Part shown: piece after piece, positions 25,013 through 32,000 of the stretch
Position numbering within the stretch: the stretch's first letter is position 1
Layout of the letters: each line of letters opens with the position of its first letter
Origin: Acaryochloris marina MBIC11017
Lineage (GTDB): Bacteria > Cyanobacteriota > Cyanobacteriia > Thermosynechococcales > Thermosynechococcaceae
Reading direction: 5' to 3'
Length of the DNA: 32,000 bases
Assembly: GCF_000018105.1 (NCBI RefSeq)
Contig: NC_009925.1
Span: forward strand, 3,090,001-3,122,000
Notes under the pieces: model-generated
Told to the model about the DNA's origin: nothing
The model's database searches: none
What the model saw: only the letters and a program-made list of their open reading frames with translations
Translations under genes and position numbers: made by a program

Positions 25013-26821
25013 TTACAACTTTGTCCCGCACTCAGGGCAAAAGTGATTTGTTGAGGTATTTTTGGCCCCGCAGTTACTGCAATAAATCAGCTCTGCTGCC
25101 TTTTCTAAGGTTTTCTGATCCGGCAACCCTAGCATTTGGGCATTGCTCTTACCCGGTGCCACCATGGGATAGCAGTTTTCATCCCGCGTCACCTGGGCAT
25201 CTAACAGATAGGGACCATCAAACGCTAACATCTCAGCAATGACACTTTCGAGATCATTTCGCTCCCGCAAAATGCCACCCTTGACGCCAAATGCTTCCGC
25301 CAATTTCTCAAAATTAGGCATCCCGGCTTCCATACTGGAGTTGGAATAGCGCTCGCCAAAAAAGGCTTGCTGCCACTGGCGCACCATCCCTTGCCAGAAA
25401 TTATTGATAATGACCGTTTTGACCTTGATACCGTATTGGGCTAGGGTAGCCAACTCCTGCAAATTCATTTGGAAGCTGGCATCACCACTGATACAGATCA
25501 CTTGATGATCGGGTAATGCCACCTGTACCCCCATCGCCGCCGGTAAACCATAGCCCATGGTTCCCAGACCACCACTCGTCACCCACTGGCGAGGACCATT
25601 CTTCAGGAACTGAGCCGCCCACATTTGGTGCTGTCCGACATCTGTTGTGTAGTAGGCATGGGGTGCCTGTCGTTGCAGCTCCACAATCACCTCTTGGGGC
25701 GACAGCTTTGTGTCTGGTCTAGGCACCATCAATGGATAATCTCGCTGCCAACGTTCTACCCGAGAGCGCCACTCTTGTGTCTGGGCTGTATCAGGCGGTG
25801 AAGACTGTTTTGCTATTTTCAGCAGTTCCACTAAGACAGGCTTCACGCTACCCACAATCGGCACCGTCGGGGCACGATTTTTGCCCACTTCCGCTGGGTC
25901 AATATCGATATGAATCACTTTTGCCCTAGAGGCAAATTCATCAAGCTTACCCGTCACCCGATCATCAAAGCGGGCACCCACGGCAATCAGCAGATCACAT
26001 TCACTAACGGCAAAATTGGCATAGGCGGTGCCGTGCATACCCAACATCCCCACGGATAAGGGATGGGCCTCATCAAAGGAGCCTTTGCCCATCAGCGTTG
26101 TGGTTACCGGAATATGGAACCACTCAGCCAGCTCTTTCAGTTCAGCATGGGCTCCCGACGAAATGGCTCCACCACCTACATATAAGAGGGGAGATTTAGC
26201 CTGTCGAATGAGATCTAGGGCTTGTTTAATCTGACGCGGATTGCCTTTGACCGTGGGGCGATAGCCCTTTAAGCTAATGGTCCCTGGCTGCACAGGAGTA
26301 TAGTCAAACTCTTGAAGGCCTACGTCCTTGGGCACATCAATTAAAACGGGTCCTGGTCTACCGGTACCAGCAATATGGAAGGCTTCCGCCACAACCCGAG
26401 CCATATCCGCCGGATCACGCACCACATAGGAATGTTTCACCAGGGGCAGCGTAATCCCAAAAATATCGGTTTCTTGGAACGCATCACTGCCAATATTGGT
26501 CCGAGGCACCTGCCCCGTAATCACCACCATCGGAATTGAATCCATATGAGCGGTGGCAATTCCGGTCACCAAGTTGGTTGCCCCAGGACCGGAGGTCCCA
26601 AAGCAGATGCCGACCTGCCCCGTTGCTCTAGCATAGCCATCAGCAGCATGGGATGCACCTTGTTCATGGCGGACCAAAATATGTTTGAGATCGCCCCGCT
26701 GTTCTGCCTTATACACCTCATCATAAATCGGCAAAATCGCACCACCGGGATAGCCAAAAATATGTTTGACGCCGTGATTTTTTAGACTATCGATTAACGC
26801 AAAAGCTCCGGTTGCACGCAC
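25013..26821 (-). CDS. ilvB: Acetolactate synthase (AHAS) large subunit with a C-terminal zinc-ribbon-like tail.
   Basis: The N-terminus is [30 protein letters not shown]. The ThDP motif region is [15 protein letters not shown]...[13 protein letters not shown] start. The last 24 aa are [24 protein letters not shown] (CxxC-x10-CxxC). Confidence 0.95.
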   Translation of the reverse strand: MRATGAFALIDSLKNHGVKHIFGYPGGAILPIYDEVYKAEQRGDLKHILVRHEQGASHAADGYARATGQVGICFGTSGPGATNLVTGIATAHMDSIPMVVITGQVPRTNIGSDAFQETDIFGITLPLVKHSYVVRDPADMARVVAEAFHIAGTGRPGPVLIDVPKDVGLQEFDYTPVQPGTISLKGYRPTVKGNPRQIKQALDLIRQAKSPLLYVGGGAISSGAHAELKELAEWFHIPVTTTLMGKGSFDEAHPLSVGMLGMHGTAYANFAVSECDLLIAVGARFDDRVTGKLDEFASRAKVIHIDIDPAEVGKNRAPTVPIVGSVKPVLVELLKIAKQSSPPDTAQTQEWRSRVERWQRDYPLMVPRPDTKLSPQEVIVELQRQAPHAYYTTDVGQHQMWAAQFLKNGPRQWVTSGGLGTMGYGLPAAMGVQVALPDHQVICISGDASFQMNLQELATLAQYGIKVKTVIINNFWQGMVRQWQQAFFGERYSNSSMEAGMPNFEKLAEAFGVKGGILRERNDLESVIAEMLAFDGPYLLDAQVTRDENCYPMVAPGKSNAQMLGLPDQKTLEKAAELIYCSNCGAKNTSTNHFCPECGTKL

Positions 26822-26967
26822 AGGAGAACCTCACACTCAGATCCTAGTTGCCAAATAAGAGAATTTATCGTCCGTTGAGAAATGAAAACCTTTTAGATCT
26901 ATATAGTTTAAGCGGAGCGACTTCAACCTGTCGAGAGAAATTGCAGAAGAGTTTACAACCTTGGATT

Positions 26968-28257
26968 TTAAATCACATCCTGGAGAACCTTGCGGGTACT
27001 TCGCCAAACCAAGAAACCCGCCACTACGACCGTGATCCCCATGGCAATCAGCACCCGCCGTAGTCCCAAAACGTCAGCCAAAATACCTGCAATCGCCAAG
27101 GGCACGCTCAAGGCAATATTGACCACATTGTTTTGAAATCCAAACACTTTACCGCGCATATCTGGCGGCGTTTTCACTTGAATCAGAGTTTGCATCGGTA
27201 CCCCAATCATGGCTGCCCCCATGCCCAGGAACATACTTAAGCTCAGGCTCAAGGCAATACTGAGGTCAATTCCCAACCAATCCTTATGAATAAACGAGAA
27301 CAATACCAACACAATGCCCATACTGAAAAACCCAAATAGGGGGAGGGGTAAATGATGAAAGCGATCGCCCCACTGACCCAGAACGCCCGCACCAATCACC
27401 AGACCCACACCAGCCGCTGCCAGCAAGAAGCCAAACTGACTGGGTTTATCAAAGCCTACTTTTTCCGCTAGGCCAATGGACAGCACTGATAGGGCTGCAA
27501 ATACGCAGTACAGCATTGTCAGCTGCACCATGGCATTGCTAATCAAACGATTTTTCCGCAGGTAGGCAAAGCCTAATTTCAAGTCACTAAAAGGGTGCAA
27601 GGCCACGGCTTCGTTATGCTTTTTCTCTCGCAAGGGCAGCATAATCCCTAACACAATGGCTGATAAAACATACAGCCCACCAACTAAAAATTCTCGGCCA
27701 TTCACACCACCCCAGTTCTGCGACCAGCTCAGCAACGGATCGCCCACGGCAAATCCCACCACCAAAGAGCCCATCATCGTCGTCGTAAATAGGGCATTGG
27801 CAGGCATCAGGTTGTTTGGCTTCACCAACACGGGAATAGCGGCCTGTTCAGCCGGAGCAAAGAACTGAGTCAAGATTGACTCCAAGAACGCCACCGTCAG
27901 TAAGAGCGGAAAGAAGGGCAGGGACTTGGGCAACACAATAATGACTAAGGTCAGCAAGCCCCGCATCAGAGTTGTGGTCCACAAGATCTGCTTCTTAGAC
28001 CATCGATCGACAAAAATTCCAGCTGCGGACCCAAAGAATACCGCTGGCAGCGTATTCGCAATCATCACCGATGACCGCATGGAATTCTCAATATTTTCTG
28101 GGGGTTGATAGTCTCCCACCAAGGTAATGAGCAGTACAAAAAAAAACTTGTCCGCTAACTGTGAAATAATCTGTCCTGCCCACAGCACCACAAAGGCCCG
28201 ATTATCCATCAGGGAACGAAATCCACCGTTAGGGGGTTGGGGGTCAGAAGTCTGCAT
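26968..28257 (-). CDS. MFS transporter (MFS_3 / EntS-like topology).
   Basis: A 429-aa polytopic protein. The N-terminus is FRSLMDNRAFVVLWAGQIISQLADKF. The loop 2-3 motif is GIFVDRWSKK. About 12 hydrophobic segments are present. Confidence 0.8.
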   Translation of the reverse strand: MQTSDPQPPNGGFRSLMDNRAFVVLWAGQIISQLADKFFFVLLITLVGDYQPPENIENSMRSSVMIANTLPAVFFGSAAGIFVDRWSKKQILWTTTLMRGLLTLVIIVLPKSLPFFPLLLTVAFLESILTQFFAPAEQAAIPVLVKPNNLMPANALFTTTMMGSLVVGFAVGDPLLSWSQNWGGVNGREFLVGGLYVLSAIVLGIMLPLREKKHNEAVALHPFSDLKLGFAYLRKNRLISNAMVQLTMLYCVFAALSVLSIGLAEKVGFDKPSQFGFLLAAAGVGLVIGAGVLGQWGDRFHHLPLPLFGFFSMGIVLVLFSFIHKDWLGIDLSIALSLSLSMFLGMGAAMIGVPMQTLIQVKTPPDMRGKVFGFQNNVVNIALSVPLAIAGILADVLGLRRVLIAMGITVVVAGFLVWRSTRKVLQDVI

Positions 28258-28427
28258 AAATCCGCATCATGATGTCATCGGTTGGAAGGCGAGGGAGTGT
28301 AATCTATAGACTGCCCAGTCCCAGGGCAAGACACAACTCAAGCAACCGCAATATTGTACTCAAATAGGGGGCTTTGCCGAAATTGGCCTCCCTATATCAA
28401 CCATAAAGATAGTCCATACATAGCATT

Positions 28428-28451
28428 AAACCCCTGACAAAGCAGGGGTTT
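28428..28451 (-). terminator. Hairpin downstream of hpf (AAACCCCTG-acaaag-CAGGGGTTT); possible terminator.
   Basis: A perfect 9-bp stem 23 nt after the hpf stop. The flanks are A3/T3 only, so there is no long U-tract. Confidence 0.4.
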
Positions 28452-28473
28452 ATATCGTTAGGCTGAGAAAAAG

Positions 28474-29112
28474 CTATGCAGTTTGAAAATCAGCTTGTTT
28501 CACGTGACCATTGCTAATGGGATTACCTTGGCGAGGCTGAATCACCCCATACCCTCCATGATTGCGCTCGTAAATCACATTTAGTTGACCCGTGTCAGCA
28601 TTTTCAAACACATAAAAATCATGGTCAACCAGATCTAATTGCTCAAGGGCATCATGAACGGACATGGGGGAAATAGCAAAGTACTTACACCGAACCACTT
28701 CCTCGGGCAATTCAGGGGCACGATCCCTCGTTAGATCCCCAATAAGTGGCTGCTCTTCTGGAGTTTGAAGAGCAACAGCTTTCGATCGATTAGAGCCTTT
28801 ATTAGGCCCTTTTGTTTGCCGCTTCTCTTTGTACTTACGGAGCTGGCGAGCAATTTTATCGGCGACCAGGTCAATGCTGGCATATAGGTTTTCTGAACTT
28901 TCTTCTGCTCGAATGACAGAACCATTTACAAATAGGGTTACTTCCGCGGTTTGTTTCGTCGTTATTCTAGGATTACGAGCAACCGATAGATGCACATCGA
29001 TTTCGGTCGTTAAATTCTGATAATGATTGGCAGCCTTCTCTATCTTTTGGTGGACATATTCACGAATGGCATCGGTGATCTCAATATTCTTGCCGTGAAT
29101 AACAAGCTTCAT
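28474..29112 (-). CDS. hpf: Ribosome hibernation-promoting factor, long form (LrtA-like).
   Basis: [27 protein letters not shown] is the classic HPF/S30AE N-terminus. The C-terminal dimerisation domain is [39 protein letters not shown]. The ATG at 29112 is preceded by GGGGAGG. The track start at 29148 is unlikely. Confidence 0.9.
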   Translation of the reverse strand: MKLVIHGKNIEITDAIREYVHQKIEKAANHYQNLTTEIDVHLSVARNPRITTKQTAEVTLFVNGSVIRAEESSENLYASIDLVADKIARQLRKYKEKRQTKGPNKGSNRSKAVALQTPEEQPLIGDLTRDRAPELPEEVVRCKYFAISPMSVHDALEQLDLVDHDFYVFENADTGQLNVIYERNHGGYGVIQPRQGNPISNGHVKQADFQTA

Positions 29113-29259
29113 AGGGTTGCCTCCCCTAATGGTCAGTGTTAACCTCACCCTAACACTTTGTTTTCTGCAAGGGGGGGCTGTTCTACCGTGTCTTCAACTT
29201 GCTTTGCATCCCGTGATAATTCTTAAATGCTATCGTCATAGGATTACTCGGAAATACCC

Positions 29260-29988
29260 TTGATTTCATCTCACCAATCGGTTAAGGATTCGGACTCATC
29301 TCTCCCTAAACGTCCCTGTTGGCTGTACCAACTGGGTCTGGTGGACTACCAAAAAGCGTGGGATTGGCAGCGGCAACTGGTGTGCGATCGCATTCACAAT
29401 CCTCAACTTCCCGATACATTACTCCTGTTAGAGCATCCCCCGGTCTATACCCTGGGACAGGGTGCAAGTTTAGACTTTCTTAAATTCAATCCTGACCAAT
29501 CAGACTTTGCCCTGCACCGGATCGAACGCGGAGGAGAAGTCACTTATCACTGTCCGGGTCAACTCATCGGCTATCCCATTCTCAATCTCAAGCACCATCA
29601 AACTGACCTGCACTGGTATCTACGGCAGCTAGAAGAAGTAATCATTCGTACCCTGGGCATTTACGGACTAGAAGCAGAGCGTATTCCGGGCCTTACAGGC
29701 GTCTGGCTAGACCAGTGCAAAGTCGCAGCCATCGGCATTAAGGTCAGTCGCTGGATTACCATGCACGGCTTTTCTCTCAATATCAACCCCGATCTGTCTG
29801 GCTTTGACCAGATCATTCCCTGTGGTATCCATAATCGGGCCGTCGGCAGCTTAGAGCAGTTTATTCCCAACCTAGACAGTGCTGAGGTCACTGCCACACT
29901 GCTGCATCAGTTTTCCCGGGTGTTCGATCTAGATTTGAGACGAGAGGGCCCTGAACCTTTTATCTGTCATCCTTCATCGCTTGATTAA
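29260..29988 (+). CDS. lipB: Octanoyltransferase (lipoyl(octanoyl) transferase).
   Basis: [36 protein letters not shown] and [21 protein letters not shown] are present. TTG start; no upstream ATG is available. Confidence 0.9.
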   Translation: MISSHQSVKDSDSSLPKRPCWLYQLGLVDYQKAWDWQRQLVCDRIHNPQLPDTLLLLEHPPVYTLGQGASLDFLKFNPDQSDFALHRIERGGEVTYHCPGQLIGYPILNLKHHQTDLHWYLRQLEEVIIRTLGIYGLEAERIPGLTGVWLDQCKVAAIGIKVSRWITMHGFSLNINPDLSGFDQIIPCGIHNRAVGSLEQFIPNLDSAEVTATLLHQFSRVFDLDLRREGPEPFICHPSSLD

Positions 29989-30007
29989 GTCATTACGATA
30001 ATCCGTC

Positions 30008-30502
30008 ATGATAGAGAAGCAGTGCCCTTCTCCCGCCATGACTTCCTCTGTTGCTTCTACAGACGATCACTTTCTGATTACATTTGCTCCCCTGAGCGTC
30101 GAGGAAGTGTATCATCAAGCCGATCATCCCCATAACGGCGCTGTGGTCGTCATGAGTGGCACCGTTCGTGACCAAACGGACGGTAAAGCCGTACTCTCCC
30201 TGGAATATCAAGCCTATGAACCCATGGCCCTTAAAGTTTTCCAGAGCATTGCCCAGGATATTCGTCAGCGCTGGCCAGAGGTCAACCGGATTGCTATCCA
30301 TCACCGCACGGGTCATCTCAAAATTAGCGAGATTAGCGTCCTCGTTGCCGTGGGCTGTCCCCATCGAGCTGAAGCCTTCACCGCCTGTCAATACGCCATC
30401 GACACCCTCAAGCACAATGCCCCCATCTGGAAAAAAGAGCACTGGGCCGACGGTTCGAGTAGCTGGGTCAATATTGGGGCCTGTGAACAGGAAAACGCTT
30501 AG
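30008..30502 (+). CDS. moaE: Molybdopterin synthase catalytic subunit.
   Basis: GAVVVMSGTVRD...LEYQAYEPMA...IAIHHRTGHLKISEISVLVAVGCPHRAEAF.AC.YAID.LK..APIWKKE are the MoaE signature blocks. The start could also be the second ATG at 30038. Confidence 0.9.
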   Translation: MIEKQCPSPAMTSSVASTDDHFLITFAPLSVEEVYHQADHPHNGAVVVMSGTVRDQTDGKAVLSLEYQAYEPMALKVFQSIAQDIRQRWPEVNRIAIHHRTGHLKISEISVLVAVGCPHRAEAFTACQYAIDTLKHNAPIWKKEHWADGSSSWVNIGACEQENA

Positions 30503-30504
30503 GC

Positions 30505-31008
30505 TTAGTTTCCCTGCATTTGTTCTTTTAAAGACTCTAATGCAGCCCAGCGTCGATCAACGGGTTGCTCAATCTTCTCTGCCTCTTTCAGCAAACCTTC
30601 ACAGTTTTGATCACAAAGCTGTCGATGGGGCAGTTGCAAACTCAACTGCTGATACAGCCAATCTTCAGGACTAAAGTACCCTCGGGGGGATAATGTTTCG
30701 ACCGGGTCATCGAGGGTGACTTCAATTTCCAATCCAGGCTCATCTGCCGGGACATCTGCCGATAACCAAATCATCTCTGAGGCATCTACTGTCAGCCGAT
30801 GATTATATTGCTGCAAACAGCGATCGCAATTCAGAGTCACAATCGTTTTTGCTTGGCTGCTCACCTGCAGATAATTACCCTGGTGCATGAGGGTAACTTG
30901 CCCTTGCACTGCCGTTAGGGAAGAAAGTTCAGTTAAAAACTCATCAACATCCAAAACCAGGGTTTGCTTGGGCGCATTTTCAATGTCTGGGATGTAAACC
31001 TTGTCCAT
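30505..31008 (-). CDS. yceD: DUF177 / YceD-family protein (large-subunit rRNA accumulation factor type).
   Basis: 167 aa. It has the paired Cys motifs LNCDRCLQQY and LCDQNCEGL, separated as in YceD. It is convergent with moaE, with only 2 nt between the stop codons. Confidence 0.8.
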   Translation of the reverse strand: MDKVYIPDIENAPKQTLVLDVDEFLTELSSLTAVQGQVTLMHQGNYLQVSSQAKTIVTLNCDRCLQQYNHRLTVDASEMIWLSADVPADEPGLEIEVTLDDPVETLSPRGYFSPEDWLYQQLSLQLPHRQLCDQNCEGLLKEAEKIEQPVDRRWAALESLKEQMQGN

Positions 31009-31039
31009 CGCGGGGAACCTTTCTCCATCCCTTCTCTAC

Positions 31040-31564
31040 TTAATCGTTCTGAGCATCCTCATTCGCCGCCAGCATCACCACCAAACGGCGATCGGGTTCT
31101 TGGCCACGGCTGACCGTCTCTAAATCTGACTCATCAAACAAAATTGTATGGACTAACCGCCGTTCCGCTGAATTAATCGGAGGCATCACATATTCTTGCC
31201 CAGTTTCGCGAACCGATTGAGCCGCTTTGTCTGCGAGTTGCGTCAACTCTTCATACCGGTTGACGCGAACATCAGACATCTCAATCGTATAGGCCGTTCG
31301 GGCTTCTTTATCTTTGCCCAAATTCAAAGTTGAATTAATCAAATATTGAATCGCATCTAACATGCGGCCATTGTTGCCAATGAGTAAGTCAACCTGCTCT
31401 GGAGACAAGTCACTGTCTTCAATAGTGAGCCAGAACCCACCAAAATCTTTAAACTTAGTTTGGGCAATATCTGGCTTATCGATACTGACCGGAGTCTCAA
31501 CTCCCAAATGGCCTAACAAATTGGACAACCACTCTTGTCCCCGTTGAACATTTGACTCACTCAT
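31040..31564 (-). CDS. jag: Jag/KhpB-type RNA-binding protein (KH + R3H).
   Basis: The C-terminal R3H block is MPPINSAERRLVHTILFDESDLETVSRGQEPDRRLVV. It sits immediately downstream of yidC, as in the conserved yidC-jag pair. I prefer the ATG at 31564; the TTG at 31573 is possible. Confidence 0.85.
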   Translation of the reverse strand: MSESNVQRGQEWLSNLLGHLGVETPVSIDKPDIAQTKFKDFGGFWLTIEDSDLSPEQVDLLIGNNGRMLDAIQYLINSTLNLGKDKEARTAYTIEMSDVRVNRYEELTQLADKAAQSVRETGQEYVMPPINSAERRLVHTILFDESDLETVSRGQEPDRRLVVMLAANEDAQND

Positions 31565-31569
31565 GGGTG

Positions 31570-32000
31570 TCAACTCGATGCTTTCTTTTTAGAGTACTCA
31601 GGTTCAAAGGGTAGCGCACCCCGCTCACCATCTTCAGCCACCACCTTCGATGCCCGCTCTTCTTTGGCTTTCTTCCGCTCTTGTTCATCCACAATCTTTT
31701 GCAGATTCTCAGGCAATGGCTCTTTCGATAAGAAATAGCTTTGAACCGTTTGGAAGATGTTGGCTAGCAGCATATACAACAGCACCCCCGCAGGCAAAGG
31801 GAAGAATAAAAACATGCCTGAAAACATCACCGGCATATACTTATTCATCGCTTGCTGCTGTGACCCAGAGTCGCCACCGCTTTGTCCTGACAGTAACTGG
31901 TTGACATATAAAGATACGCCAAACCCAATCACCATAAACAAAATATCCCAATGGATGGCATCCGAGTTGAACTGAGCGCCATCATCTGTTGTGGTAAAGA
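31570..32000 (-). CDS. yidC: Membrane protein insertase YidC/Alb3 family, C-terminal part (5' end lies beyond the right edge).
   Basis: QQAMNKYMPVMFSGMFLFFPLPAGVLLYMLLANIFQTVQSYFL is the conserved last TM region of YidC. The frame stays open upstream of the listed start to position 32000 (…FTTTDDGAQFNSDAIHWDILFMVIGFG). Confidence 0.85.
   Translation of the reverse strand, partial: FTTTDDGAQFNSDAIHWDILFMVIGFGVSLYVNQLLSGQSGGDSGSQQQAMNKYMPVMFSGMFLFFPLPAGVLLYMLLANIFQTVQSYFLSKEPLPENLQKIVDEQERKKAKEERASKVVAEDGERGALPFEPEYSKKKASS

Noticed and set aside
25009-26785. Plus-strand ORFs antisense to ilvB (25009..25242, 25516..25722, 25732..25929, 26028..26234, 26546..26785).
   Set aside because: They lie opposite a highly conserved AHAS gene, and their Pro/Ser-rich sequences are typical of antisense frames.
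29993-30674. ORFs 29993..30442 (minus, 149 aa) and 30156..30674 (plus, 172 aa).
   Set aside because: They overlap moaE and the DUF177 gene, both of which carry family-diagnostic motifs. The overlapping ORFs have none.

Overview
The window reads as a cyanobacterial chromosome segment. I found at least 11 copies of the HIP1 octamer GCGATCGC by eye, where about 0.5 would be expected by chance. The gene set also fits: a long-form HPF/LrtA, a Ycf33-like small membrane protein, and a pentapeptide-repeat protein.

Layout from left to right:
1. 1-3450: an accessory patch of small two-gene modules, most of them decaying. It holds a RelE/ParE-type toxin followed by an antitoxin with no start codon, an SDR gene stump, a frameshifted higBA pair, and a translationally coupled pair of unknown helical proteins.
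2. 3600-10200: a zinc-homeostasis cluster. Two near-perfect Zur-type palindromes sit in front of a His-rich COG0523 GTPase and in front of a hemB-znuA-znuC-znuB string. A convergent His-rich CDF efflux gene follows.
3. 10534-11554: about 1 kb of very AT-rich sequence with no ORF.
4. 11555-17200: a 1881-aa protein with no signal peptide. It combines two tandem alkaline-phosphatase-like domains, a glycerophosphodiesterase domain that appears nested in a phytase-like domain, and C-terminal RTX repeats.
5. 17540-21254: a small secreted triple-repeat protein, an orphan Dam methyltransferase, the Ycf33-like gene, rbfA, and a GH3 glycosidase.
6. 21489-24401: a visibly AT-richer 970-aa NACHT/STAND NTPase. 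It has an unrecognised N-terminal domain and 27 pentapeptide repeats encoded by almost codon-identical 15-bp units.
7. 24549-32000: housekeeping genes, namely ilvB with a zinc-ribbon tail, an MFS transporter, hpf, lipB, moaE, and yceD-jag-yidC.

I saw no rRNA, tRNA, CRISPR array or intact transposase. The most promising leads are the giant RTX multi-phosphoesterase, whose alkaline-phosphatase zinc-ligand histidines appear to be substituted, and the NACHT-pentapeptide STAND protein. All domain calls come from reading motifs by eye. No searches were run.
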